64,000 bases of DNA from Uncultured Candidatus Berkiella sp. (GTDB taxonomy: Bacteria > Pseudomonadota > Gammaproteobacteria > Berkiellales > Berkiellaceae): NCBI GenBank assembly GCA_964594635.1, contig CAZQMV010000008.1, positions 59,813 to 123,812 on the forward strand, in the 5' to 3' direction. Numbering within the stretch: position 1 is the stretch's first letter; each line of letters opens with the position of its first letter. The position numbers were made by a program, and so were the translations under genes. Below the pieces are notes generated by a model. That model was not told the DNA's origin. It saw nothing but the letters and a program-made list of their open reading frames with translations, and searched no databases. Positions 38,575 through 49,700 of this stretch are shown here, in pieces.

Positions 38575-39348
38575 ATGTGCGAATTATTAGGAATGAGCTC
38601 CAATAGCCCTGCAGATATTTGCTTTAGCTTTACCGGGCTAATGCAAAGAGGCGGCAAAACAGGACCTCATAAAGATGGTTGGGGTATCGCCTTCTATGAA
38701 GGACGAGGCTGCCGCACTTTCCATGATCCTTTTCCTAGCGCAGATTCAGAGATTGCGAAACTCGTGAAGCGCTATCCCATTAAAAGCCGTAATGTGATTT
38801 GCCATATCCGCAAAGCCAATAGTGGTAAAGTGTGTTTAGAAAATACACACCCTTTTGTCAGAGAATTGTGGGGACGTAATTGGAGTTTCGCGCATAACGG
38901 GCAGCTAAGAAGCATCAAAAAGAAATTGAAGCTTGTTCATTATTTTCCGGTTGGCACAACCGATAGTGAGCATGCTTTTTGTTGGATACTCGATCAGATT
39001 TATACTAAATTTCCCAAACCTCCTAAAAAAGATGAAAAAGTGGCAGCGTTAATTAAAGAACTCTGTGCAACGTTAACGCAGTTTGGCGTCGTTAACTTTT
39101 TAATGTGTGATTCTAAATATCTGTATGCTCATTGTTCTACCAAGTTAGTATGGATCACAAGACGAGCGCCCTTTGGTAAAGCCAAATTGGTGGATGATGA
39201 TTTGACCATTGATTTTTGCTCGCAAAATTCACCCAATGATATTATTACGGTATTGGCGACGGAGCCTTTAACGGATAATGAGAATTGGCAGAGATGTCAT
39301 AAGGGAGAGTTTATGGTTTTTAAAGAAGGCCTCCGACAGTCTGATTAA
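38575..39348 (+). CDS. Class II glutamine amidotransferase (YafJ/EgtC-like Ntn hydrolase)
   Basis: MCELLGMS (N-terminal Cys nucleophile), [36 protein letters not shown]. Confidence 0.92.
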   Translation: MCELLGMSSNSPADICFSFTGLMQRGGKTGPHKDGWGIAFYEGRGCRTFHDPFPSADSEIAKLVKRYPIKSRNVICHIRKANSGKVCLENTHPFVRELWGRNWSFAHNGQLRSIKKKLKLVHYFPVGTTDSEHAFCWILDQIYTKFPKPPKKDEKVAALIKELCATLTQFGVVNFLMCDSKYLYAHCSTKLVWITRRAPFGKAKLVDDDLTIDFCSQNSPNDIITVLATEPLTDNENWQRCHKGEFMVFKEGLRQSD

Positions 39349-39382
39349 AGAGATCTATTAAAATTTGAGAGAAAAAGTAGTG

Positions 39383-40909
39383 TTACATCGCCTCTTTAAA
39401 ATGCAGATTCATATAAATATCCATCCACTTTTCTAATTCTTTTTGTTCGTGCGGTTGTAAGAATAAGCCAAGTTTTGTTCTGCGCCACAAAATATCGTCT
39501 ACTTTACGGGCCCATTCCTTTTCGATGAGATAAACCACTTCTTTTTCGTAAAGCCCATGACCAAAGTGGAAACCTAGATCGCTGAGTTGTTTAGCATCTT
39601 TTAACACTTGATAGGTGAGCGTGCCATAATTTTGCGCGTAGCGTAATGCTAATGGCGTGGGCAACCAAGAAAAATCTTGACCCAAGGTTTCTAAAAAAGC
39701 AGTTAGCTCATGTACTCTAAAATCACCGCCAGGCAATGGACAAGTGCTGGTCCATTCGTGCCCCATATGGGTGAAAAAAGGGGCTAACAGATCAACTGTT
39801 TTTTCAGCAAGCAGGCGATAGGTAGTGAGTTTACCGCCCAGGACATTCAGAAGTGGCGCTTTACCTTGCTCGTTTACGTTCAGCTCAAGTTTATATTCAC
39901 GGCTATTCCCAGAAATGCTTGAGGTTTGATCGTCAACAAGGGGACGAACGCCAGACCAAGCATAAATGATTTGTTCTGGTTTCAGTGCATGGTGAAAATA
40001 ATCACTGACCACTTCACATAAATATTCGATTTCATCAAAGGTAATTTTGGCTTTTGAAGGGGAGCCTTGGTATACGATTTCGGTCGTGCCTATTAAGGTA
40101 AATTGTTTTAAATAGGGGATCACAAAGACAACCCTACCATCTTTATGTTGTAAAACATATGCTTCTTCGCGCTGATGTATTTTAGGGACAATGATATGGC
40201 TGCCTTTAATTAATTTGATGTTATATTGGCTTGGAATTTTCAAAACCTTATTTAAAATCTCACCCATAAAAGGGCCACCCGCATTGATGAGTGCTTTACA
40301 TTTGATCGTATAAGTTTGTTGATTTAACTGATTTTGCAGCTGCACTTGCCAATGGTCGTTCATGCGTGTTGCGCTAACGCAACGAGTATAGGAGGCAACA
40401 ACCCCACCAGCGCGTGCAAGACGTAAAGCATTGGTAATGACTAGCCTGGCATCATCGACGGTAGCGTCAGAGTAAATAAAACCTTTACGAATGGAGTGCT
40501 TTAAAGGGTTTGCAGGGTTGGGTTTTAAGAAAATCATTTTTGATCTTTTGAAAAAACGACCATAACCAAACAGATCATAAATAAACAATCCTATCCGAAT
40601 AAGACAAAAAGAACGTCGCAGCCGATTATAGGGCACAACGAAACGTAACGGACGTACAAGGTGAGGGGCGGTTTGAAGGAGTATTTCTCTTTCTTTAAGG
40701 GAATCTCGCACCAGGTTGAAGTGATAGCTTTCTAAGTATCGCAGTCCACCATGGATCAGCTTGCTACTGGCGCTGGAAGTTGCGCTTGCTAAATCATTTT
40801 GCTCACATAGAAATACGGACAGCCCACGGCCTGCAGCATCGGCCGCTATGCCTGTGCCATTGATACCCCCACCAATGACGACCACATCGACGAAGCTTTC
40901 CGTGTACAA
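39383..40909 (-). CDS. glpD: Aerobic glycerol-3-phosphate dehydrogenase
   Basis: VIGGGINGTGIA.DAAGRGL, SSASSKLIHGGLRYLE, DDARLV, KGSHIIVP, WSGVRPL, GGKLTTYR, WRRTKLG. Confidence 0.97.
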   Translation of the reverse strand: MYTESFVDVVVIGGGINGTGIAADAAGRGLSVFLCEQNDLASATSSASSKLIHGGLRYLESYHFNLVRDSLKEREILLQTAPHLVRPLRFVVPYNRLRRSFCLIRIGLFIYDLFGYGRFFKRSKMIFLKPNPANPLKHSIRKGFIYSDATVDDARLVITNALRLARAGGVVASYTRCVSATRMNDHWQVQLQNQLNQQTYTIKCKALINAGGPFMGEILNKVLKIPSQYNIKLIKGSHIIVPKIHQREEAYVLQHKDGRVVFVIPYLKQFTLIGTTEIVYQGSPSKAKITFDEIEYLCEVVSDYFHHALKPEQIIYAWSGVRPLVDDQTSSISGNSREYKLELNVNEQGKAPLLNVLGGKLTTYRLLAEKTVDLLAPFFTHMGHEWTSTCPLPGGDFRVHELTAFLETLGQDFSWLPTPLALRYAQNYGTLTYQVLKDAKQLSDLGFHFGHGLYEKEVVYLIEKEWARKVDDILWRRTKLGLFLQPHEQKELEKWMDIYMNLHFKEAM

Positions 40910-41011
40910 TGAAATACCTCATGATAAAAAGAGGATTGCTCTATTAAGAATAGATCAATTCCTTTATGATGGGATTAATTGTTTGATAACTAAGATACTT
41001 TAACAGGATAG

Positions 41012-42838
41012 ATGATGATTGAATACGATGTTTTAGGGAGTCAGCCGCTTAGCCACCAGTTTACGGTTTGCTTAACTATTCCTCGTCCCAGTCCTTCAGG
41101 GCAAAAAGTATCGTTACCAACCTGGATCCCGGGCAGCTATTTTATTCGTGACTTTGCCAGACATATCGTTGAGATCAACGCTTATGCGGGCAATGACAGC
41201 AAAAGTCCCTCTGTCGCACTTGAAAAATTGAACAGCCATGTTTGGCAAGCGTCCAAAGTAGATGGTCCCTTATTTTTTGAATACACCGTTTACGCTTTTG
41301 ACACGTCGGTCAGAGGCGCTTACTTAGATGATGAACAAGCTTTTTTTAATCCTTGCAGTTTACTGTTAATGGTCCATGAACAAGAAGATGCCCCTTGTCT
41401 TGTGAATTTATCACCGCCTGCCATTGCTGGTAGTGAAAAATGGCGCGTCGCGACGACATTAACACCTATTGATGCAAAACCCATGGGATATGGTCGATAC
41501 CAAGCAGCCAATTATGATGAATTAATTGACAAGCCCGTGCAAATGGGCAATTTTGATTTCATTGAATTTCAAGCAAAAGGGATCCCGCATGCCGTTGCGA
41601 TCACTGGCAAGCATTCCGGTGATTTAAAGCGTTTAGCAACCGATTTACAAAAAATTTGTGAAGAGCATTTAGCACTATTTTCTGCGCCGTATCCTTTTTC
41701 GCGTTATTTGTTTTTGCTGAATTTACGCAAAGATAGTTATGGCGGCTTAGAGCATCGTGATTCAACCGCTTTGCAAATTCAAAAAGAATATCTACCAGAA
41801 GCAGGTGAAACGGGAGTTTCACCTTATTATCTGGTTTTACTCGGACTATTTAGCCACGAATATTTTCATGCATGGAACATCAAACGCATTAAACCACATG
41901 GCTTTATGCCTTATGTGTTAAGTGAAAAATCTTATACCAGACAATTATGGGCTTTTGAGGGGATCACGTCTTATTTCGATGAATTAGCCCTTGTGCGTTC
42001 AAAAGTGATTACGCTCGAACAATATTTGGATATTTTGTCGCAGACCATTACGCGCTTAATGCGAAACCCAGGTCGTTTAAAACAAACCGTTTTAGATGCA
42101 AGCTTTGATGCCTGGATTAAATTTTATCAGCCTAATGAAAACTCGGTTAACGCACAAGTGAGTTATTATGTAAAAGGTGCGATCATTGCTTTGGCCATTG
42201 ATCTGTCCTTAAGAGCAAACTCAAACAGCAAAGTGTCATTAGATGAAGTGATGCAACGCTTGTGGCGTGAATTTGGTCAAACCTCTCTTGGCGTACCTGA
42301 AGATAAAATAGAAGCGCTGATTCTAGAATTGGGTGGGCAAACGCAAAAAGCATTACTGCAACAAGCGCTTTACACCACAGAAGATATTGATCTTAAACCA
42401 TTGCTCGGGGCTTTTGGTTTAACGTTGAACTTTAGGCAAGCGATTGCATCAGATGATGTGGGTGGAAAAAGACCACTTCCATCAACATCTGTTAAAGGGG
42501 CTTATCTCGGTGTAAATTATACGAAGAATCAAGGTAAAGTGATTGTTTCACAAGTATTAGAAGGTACCAGCGCAGCCAAAGCAGGTCTTGGTGTACAAGA
42601 TGAGATTGTCGCCATTGATAATGTGAAAGTCGATGTGGATTCTTATGAAAAAATGCTTAAAAAGTATCAACCGGGTAATACGGTTGACATTCATGTCTTT
42701 CGTCAAGACAGGCTTAAAGTATTGACAGTCACTTTCAGTGCATTGCCATTTGATACCGCTGAAATTACCGTCAATCCAAAATTAACAGACGCCGAAAACA
42801 CGCTGTTAAGTAGTTGGTTAAAAAGTAGCTTGTCGTAA
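41012..42838 (+). CDS. M61 family glycyl aminopeptidase with a C-terminal PDZ domain
   Basis: PTWIPGSY, YGGLEH..S, HEYFHAWNIKRI (HExxH), WAFEG.TSY, YYVKG, PDZ GAYLGV. Confidence 0.93.
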   Translation: MMIEYDVLGSQPLSHQFTVCLTIPRPSPSGQKVSLPTWIPGSYFIRDFARHIVEINAYAGNDSKSPSVALEKLNSHVWQASKVDGPLFFEYTVYAFDTSVRGAYLDDEQAFFNPCSLLLMVHEQEDAPCLVNLSPPAIAGSEKWRVATTLTPIDAKPMGYGRYQAANYDELIDKPVQMGNFDFIEFQAKGIPHAVAITGKHSGDLKRLATDLQKICEEHLALFSAPYPFSRYLFLLNLRKDSYGGLEHRDSTALQIQKEYLPEAGETGVSPYYLVLLGLFSHEYFHAWNIKRIKPHGFMPYVLSEKSYTRQLWAFEGITSYFDELALVRSKVITLEQYLDILSQTITRLMRNPGRLKQTVLDASFDAWIKFYQPNENSVNAQVSYYVKGAIIALAIDLSLRANSNSKVSLDEVMQRLWREFGQTSLGVPEDKIEALILELGGQTQKALLQQALYTTEDIDLKPLLGAFGLTLNFRQAIASDDVGGKRPLPSTSVKGAYLGVNYTKNQGKVIVSQVLEGTSAAKAGLGVQDEIVAIDNVKVDVDSYEKMLKKYQPGNTVDIHVFRQDRLKVLTVTFSALPFDTAEITVNPKLTDAENTLLSSWLKSSLS

Positions 42839-42847
42839 TCAAAACTT

Positions 42848-45800
42848 ATGTTAGAGATAAAAGAACACATTCAGCATTGTCTTCGTAAAGATCAATTTAT
42901 TCTGCGAAGACGCTTGGTGCAAATTGAAAAAATTGACGATATCGATGTTCGTCAACAAAAGCTTATCGCGCTACAAGAAAAAATATTACGCTCCAGCGAA
43001 CTTCGCACTAAACGCCAATCATTGATACCAACGATTACTTATCCTGATTTGCCTATTATGGCCAAGAAGCAAGAAATTATTGATGCCCTGCTCTATCATC
43101 AAATTATTATTGTGGCAGGTGAAACAGGCTCAGGAAAAACGACTCAACTTCCTAAATTTTGTTTAGAAGCCGGTCTGGGTGTGAGTGGATTTATTGGTCA
43201 TACTCAGCCCAGGCGCCTTGCTGCGCGATCCGTTGCTAGTCGAATTGCAAGTGAGCTTAATAGTGAAATAGGGCATTTGGTTGGATTTCAAGTGCGATTT
43301 TCTGATAAAACCAGCCCTACAACACTAATTAAATTGATGACAGATGGAATATTATTGAGTGGAACTCAAAACGATAAATGGCTCAACGACTATGACTGCA
43401 TTATTATCGATGAAGCACATGAGCGTAGCTTAAACATTGATTTTTTGTTGGGTTTTTTGAAGAATCTCTGTCAAAGACGCCCCGATCTGAAAGTGATCGT
43501 GACTTCCGCAACCATCGATGTAGAAAGGTTTTCCTCGTTTTTTAATCAAGCACCTTTGATCAAAGTTGAAGGTCGTGCCTTTCCTGTTGAAGTGCGTTAT
43601 TTAGATCAGGGTATGAGTGAAAGTGACGATCCAGTACAAGCGGTTCAAGATGCGGTGGCGTTAGCTTATCAAGATGGTCCAGGCGATATTTTAATCTTTC
43701 AAAGTGGTGAGAAAGAGATCCGTGAAGTTGCAGAAGCCTTACGAGCACAAGAGCTTCCCAACACGGTGGTGCTGCCGTTGTTTTCAAGGCAAAGCGTGGG
43801 TGAGCAACAAAAAATCTTTCAAACCATGCATAAACGAAAAATTATTATTGCAACCAATGTGGCTGAAACTTCGATTACGGTTCCCAATATTCGTTTTGTG
43901 ATTGATGGCGGTTTGCATAGAATCAGCCGATATAATTATCGTAATAAACTGCAACGATTGCCCATTGAGCCCATATCACAGGCCAGTAGCGAACAGCGTA
44001 AGGGGCGTTGTGGCCGAGTGGGGCCTGGCATTTGTTATCGGCTTTATTCCGAGGAAGATCTGCTCACACGAGATCTCTATACCGAACCGGAAATTCTACG
44101 AACCAATTTGGCTGGGGTTATTTTAAAGATGTTATCGTTAGGATGGAAATCGATACCGCATTTCCCATTCCTTGACGCGCCCGATAGCCGTTATATAAAA
44201 GATGGTTATGCCTTACTTGAACGATTAGGAGCGGTATCACCTGATGCGACAATCACGAAGATTGGCCAGCAGTTAGCGATGATCCCAATTGAACCAAAGC
44301 TGGGTCGGATTATTATCGGTGCCAATCAATATGGTGCACTCAGTGAAATGCTAATCATTGTGAGTGGTTTAAGTATTATTGATCCACGGGAATATCCCGC
44401 TGAGTGCAAAGAGAAAGCAAACTTAAGCCATGCACAGTTTGCTGATCCTGCATCTGATTTTTTATCTTACTTAAATTTATGGAATTTCATTAACGAATAT
44501 AAGCAAAAGTTATCGAATCAGAAATTCAGAAAGTTGTGCCGTACAAATTTTCTTTCTTATTTAAGAATTTGTGAATGGCTGGATGTGCACGCACAATTAC
44601 AAGATATTGTTAAAGAATTGCAATTTAAAGTAAATCAAGTCGCAGCAGATCCGAGCCAGATCCACAAGTCATTGTTAACCGGATTTATCGATGGGATTGG
44701 TTTAAAAGAACAAAAAACGGAATATCAAGGAGCTAGAGGGGTTAAGTTTTTCTTACACCCAGGCTCTGGGCTCTTTAAAAAACCACCAACCTGGGTGGTT
44801 GCCGGTGAAATTGTACATACCTCTAAGACCTATGCACGAACCAATGCAGAAATTGAATTAAAATGGATAGAAGAAGTTGCGAAGCCCTTACTGAAGCGTC
44901 AATACGTTGAGCCTCATTTTGATCTCAAAGATCAAAGAGTGGTTGCTTTTGAACGCGCTACCCTGTTTGGCTTGGAAATTGTTAGTCGGCGTAAAGTGAG
45001 TTATGAAAAGATCGATCCCGTTGAAGCAAGAAAATTATTTATATTGCAAGGACTAATCGAACAGCAAGTAAAAAGCCGATGTGCTTTTTATGCCAAAAAT
45101 AACCAAACCATTCAAGAACTTCGATCATTAGAAGATAGAACGCGTCGTCAAATAATCATGGTGGATGAAAGCTTGGTTGCTGCATTTTATGAAGCTCACT
45201 TACCGATGGATGTTATGTCGACTGCAAGCTTAGAAGAGTGGGCAAAGCAATATGATGACAGTCAGTTATTGTTTAAAGAATCGGACATTGGCATCGATAA
45301 ATCAAAAGCAGATTGGTGGGAGAAAAATTTCCCATTACAATTAGGGTACGATGATCAAACGTATCAACTCATATATAAATTTGATTTAACAGCAGATGAC
45401 GATGGCGTCACATTACAGATCCCAGTTGAATCACTGGCGTTATTACAAGCGTGTGATTTTTCGTGGTTAGTCGATGGATTAGTTACCGAGAAAATTGCGC
45501 TGTATTTTAAATCGTTACCTAAACGATTACGCGTATTATTAAATCCTTTACCTGAAACCATAGCACATGCCAGAGAGCATATTAATCGCCAGCTCCCCTT
45601 TGATAATGCCTTACGGGTTTATTTAGAAAAAAGGTTGGGGTTAGCATTACCCCCTTCATTGTGGGAAAACGTGTTGTTGCCCACGCATTTAAAAATGCAC
45701 TTTATCGTTCTTGGAACAAAAAAAGAACTTTTAGCTCATGGAGATAAGTTGGCTACTTTGTATGAACAGCTGCGCGAAAAATTTACCGACAAAATGACGC

Positions 45801-46687
45801 AAAATGATACATTAGAAAGAAAAAATATCACGAGCTGGGATTTTGACAACTTAGTAGAGCGCCATGTTGTCTTGAGAAATCGTTTAGAGCTTATTTATTA
45901 TCCAGCACTCGTCGATGCGGGGAGTAGCGTTTCAATTGGACTTTTTGATACGCAAGTTTTAGCGCGCTATCATCATTTTTTAGGGGTTGCGAGGATTTAT
46001 TTATTAACTTTAAAAGACGCAAGTACTTTTATTAAAAAGCAAATTATCGCCAACAAAAAAAGCTTCCAAGTGCAAAACAGCCCGCTAGGTGAGTATGCTG
46101 TTTTAACGGAAGAGTTGTTATTGAGCGCTGTTGTGAATACTTTTCCTGATCTGCATATTCGAACTTTGGAAGCCTTTAACGCACAATTAGCACAACATCG
46201 TAACGACTTAGTGGGTAAAGCCAATATCTTAATTGCAGCAGCAAAAGAATGGATCCCGCTCAATCAGCAAATAGAAAATCTCCTGTATCGTTTAGCCGAT
46301 AAACCCTCAAAAGAAATGCAAATGGTATTAACCGATGTGCAAAATCAGCTGAAAAACTTATTTGAGCAACATTTTTTAACCCGCGTTCCTTTCACCACGT
46401 TGTTGCGCTACACAACCTATTTAAAGGCGATTTTAATTCGTTTGGAAAAATTACCGCGTCTTGTAGAGCGAGATAAAGAAGCGATGGTTATTTTAGGTAG
46501 GGTCCAAAAAGCATATGAAAGTAAACTTGCTTCAAAAGATCTGAGGGAAATGAACTGGGATGATCCTTTGATATTGTTCCGTTTTAAGATAGAAGAACTC
46601 CGTATTTCCTTGTTTGCTGAAAAGCTCGGTACTGAAGGGCCAGTCTCAGAGGTGAGATTACTTAAACTATTAGAAAAATTAAGGTAG
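42848..46687 (+). CDS. hrpA: ATP-dependent RNA helicase HrpA
   Basis: GETGSGKTTQLP, TQPRRLAA, DEAHERS, SAT, ATNVAETS, QRKGRCGR, plus the long HrpA-type C-terminal region. Confidence 0.96.
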   Translation: MLEIKEHIQHCLRKDQFILRRRLVQIEKIDDIDVRQQKLIALQEKILRSSELRTKRQSLIPTITYPDLPIMAKKQEIIDALLYHQIIIVAGETGSGKTTQLPKFCLEAGLGVSGFIGHTQPRRLAARSVASRIASELNSEIGHLVGFQVRFSDKTSPTTLIKLMTDGILLSGTQNDKWLNDYDCIIIDEAHERSLNIDFLLGFLKNLCQRRPDLKVIVTSATIDVERFSSFFNQAPLIKVEGRAFPVEVRYLDQGMSESDDPVQAVQDAVALAYQDGPGDILIFQSGEKEIREVAEALRAQELPNTVVLPLFSRQSVGEQQKIFQTMHKRKIIIATNVAETSITVPNIRFVIDGGLHRISRYNYRNKLQRLPIEPISQASSEQRKGRCGRVGPGICYRLYSEEDLLTRDLYTEPEILRTNLAGVILKMLSLGWKSIPHFPFLDAPDSRYIKDGYALLERLGAVSPDATITKIGQQLAMIPIEPKLGRIIIGANQYGALSEMLIIVSGLSIIDPREYPAECKEKANLSHAQFADPASDFLSYLNLWNFINEYKQKLSNQKFRKLCRTNFLSYLRICEWLDVHAQLQDIVKELQFKVNQVAADPSQIHKSLLTGFIDGIGLKEQKTEYQGARGVKFFLHPGSGLFKKPPTWVVAGEIVHTSKTYARTNAEIELKWIEEVAKPLLKRQYVEPHFDLKDQRVVAFERATLFGLEIVSRRKVSYEKIDPVEARKLFILQGLIEQQVKSRCAFYAKNNQTIQELRSLEDRTRRQIIMVDESLVAAFYEAHLPMDVMSTASLEEWAKQYDDSQLLFKESDIGIDKSKADWWEKNFPLQLGYDDQTYQLIYKFDLTADDDGVTLQIPVESLALLQACDFSWLVDGLVTEKIALYFKSLPKRLRVLLNPLPETIAHAREHINRQLPFDNALRVYLEKRLGLALPPSLWENVLLPTHLKMHFIVLGTKKELLAHGDKLATLYEQLREKFTDKMTQNDTLERKNITSWDFDNLVERHVVLRNRLELIYYPALVDAGSSVSIGLFDTQVLARYHHFLGVARIYLLTLKDASTFIKKQIIANKKSFQVQNSPLGEYAVLTEELLLSAVVNTFPDLHIRTLEAFNAQLAQHRNDLVGKANILIAAAKEWIPLNQQIENLLYRLADKPSKEMQMVLTDVQNQLKNLFEQHFLTRVPFTTLLRYTTYLKAILIRLEKLPRLVERDKEAMVILGRVQKAYESKLASKDLREMNWDDPLILFRFKIEELRISLFAEKLGTEGPVSEVRLLKLLEKLR

Positions 46688-46743
46688 ATTGTAGAAGATG
46701 CTACTTAGTAGTTTCTAACTTGGTTATCTAAAGGAATAGATCC

Positions 46744-49700
46744 ATGAAAACTGCCCTTCGCTGCTGGTTGCTGTTTATTTGCTGTTGTCTCACTGTATGG
46801 AACGTTACCGCAGCTCCTGATGACAAATCCATTCCTGAGATCTTAACTCCCTGGAAAGGCTGGGTTCTAAAAGGACATGAGATAGCGCTTTGTCCCATTC
46901 CTTATAATAACCAAGATCAACATTTTTGTGTTTGGCCAACCGATCTCAAATTGAATGTGGGACGAGAAAAAGGGTCTTTTACACTCAAAGTCGTGAATTA
47001 TATGGAAGCTTGGGTTGTTTTACCCGGTAGCAATGAGTATTGGCCGCAAGAGATCAAAGTTAACCAAAAAGTGTTTCCTGTGAGTACGCATCAAGGATCT
47101 CCCGCCGTTTTATTACCTTTGGGCGAATATACCATCGAAGGCGTTTTACATTGGGAGCGAGTACCTGATTTCATCCAGATCCCAGTCAATGTGGGAACAG
47201 TCAATTTAACGATAGAAGATAAAGTTATCGAACAACCCGATCGTGATAGAACAGGTAAGATTTGGTTAACGCGTCAAAATCAACCTCAGGTTGAACACAA
47301 AGAGCAAGATTCACTCAATGTACAAGTTTATCGACTCTTTAAAGACGATGTTCCATTAGAGCAAACCCTATTGTTACGTCTTAGAGTCTCGGGGCAATCG
47401 CGCGAAGTGACTTTAGGCCCCGTATTGTTAGCCGATTCTCTGCCACTTTCTATTATAAGTCGTTTACCATCGCGTTTAGAAGACAATGGTTTACTGCGCT
47501 TGCAAGTCAAACCAGGTGTTTGGGATGTGAGTATTAAAAGTCGCTTTGTGGGTAAACAAGATAAAATTGATTTCCAAAGTTTAGCCTCGCCTTGGCCCGC
47601 TAATGAGATTTGGTCTTTTGCGCAACAGAATGCTTTAAGGTTAGTGGATATTCAAGGCGCACAAAGCATCGATCCTCAGCAAACCGATATGCCAATGGCA
47701 TGGCGAGAATATCCGGCGTATTTGCTCGATAAAGGCAAGTCTTTGACCTTCAAAGAAATGCGTCGTGGACAAGAAGCACGGCGTGCAGAACAACTTAATT
47801 TACAACGTAGAATGTGGTTGGATTTTGAAGGGAAAGGCTATACGTTACAAGATACGATGACGGGTACGATTGAGCAGCATTGGCGTCTCAGCCAATTGCC
47901 GCCTTATCAGTTAGGTCGGGTCAGTATCGATGGTCATGATAGATTAATTACGCAAGTCGGTGATGGCGTTCCAGGCGTTGAAATTCGTCAGGGAATTCTA
48001 AATTTAACTGCAGTGAGCCGTATCAATGAAGTGCCCTCTAAGTTACCAGCAGTAGGTTGGGATGTTGATGTGAAATCGCTTTCTACGCAACTTCATTTAC
48101 CGCCGGGCTGGATGTTGCTTGGTGCGTGGGGAGTTGATACGGCGAATGAAGCTTGGATCCAACAGTGGACCTTGCTCGATCTTTTCTTGGTGCTCATTAT
48201 CGCAGCGGCAGTTTTGAAACTATTAGGATGGCGTTGGGGATTAGTCGCCTTATTGATGATCACAATGACTTATCAAGAACGTAGCGCTCCTGTGTATAGT
48301 TGGTTAAACCTCATTGCAGCGCTAGCCTTGATTGTCGTGCTACCGCCCACCAGCAAAGCCAAACGTTGGATCACATATTATTTCGGATTGAGTTTTATTG
48401 TTCTGTTGTTTTGGGCCTTACCGTTTATGGCGATGCAGATCCGCAATGCTATTTACCCTCAGCTGACGTTACCTAATGGATATCCGATGGCGATCCAAGA
48501 AGGAATTGTGATGAGTAAAATGGCGGGAGCACCTCAGGTTGCCATGGAAGCGTTGAATGCACCATTAGGCAGACAAAAAATGTTTGAAGATCGAGGCGTT
48601 GCAGGCAGCAGTGCAAATGTTCAAGATCAAATCGCTAAAGAAGAAAAACAATTAGATGATTATGATCCGAATGCAAAACGACAAACAGGTCCTTCAGTAC
48701 CAATTTGGTATTGGAACCAATATAACTTAACGTGGAATGGTCCGGTGCAGATGGATCAAACGCTTAAATTGTGGTTGTTAAGTGCCAGGGTGACCTCAGT
48801 GTTAAAAGTATTACAAGTGTTGTTAATGTTTGCTTTGATTTACGGATTGTTTAAAGCATCACGAGTAGAAGCGAGAAATATCACGCCACCTGAAAATAGG
48901 AAGGTTCCCCAAGTTGCAGCAATCGCCTTATTCTTTTTAGGCATGTTGTCATTTGGACTGTTGGCGCCAGATGCTATGGCTTCAGATATTCCTGATGAAG
49001 CTTTATTAACACAATTGCGTGAGCGGTTATTAGAACCTCCAACGTGTTTGCCAGAATGTGCCGAGATAAGCCGGATGCAAGTAGAAGCGAATGCCAATAA
49101 TCTCGTATTGCGCATTAAGGCAAATATCACCTCAAACGTGGCACTTCCCATTCCAAGTACGTTAGACAAATGGGTGCCTCGCACAGTTCTTGTGAATAAC
49201 GTGATCGCTAAAAATTTGCAATATGATGCCAATCAACAATTGTGGTTAAACTTACCAGCAGGCGTGCACGATGTCGTGATGGAAGGTTTAATTGGTGATC
49301 AAGATAAATTTGAAATTGGGATCCCTTTAAAACCAAAAGACATTTCACAATCAGCGAATGGTTGGACCATTGAAGGTATTAATCGCCACCAGTTGCAAGG
49401 TAATCACTTATATTTTAATCGCGTTAAACAGGCAGATGAACCAACAAAAACACCAAATGCGAATTTACAAGCCAGCAGAATTCCCCCTTTTGTGATTCTA
49501 ACGAAAACACTCAAGCTGGGTTTAGACTGGGAAGTGATTAATCAATTGCAACGCGTTGCGCCAACGCAAGGTGCAATCGATATTAGCATTCCATTGTTAG
49601 CGGGTGAGTCGGTCCTTTCTGACAAAGTGCAAATGAAAGATGGCAAAGCGTGGGTAACCCTTGGAACGCAAGAGAACCAAGTCGTTTGGCGATCTAAGCT

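Noticed and set aside
38448-38657. ORF 38448..38657 (-), ORF 53475..53657 (+) and the 38557 start for the amidotransferase
   Set aside because: They read through ERIC-like palindromes. The amidotransferase needs Cys at position 2 (MCELL), which fixes the start at 38575.
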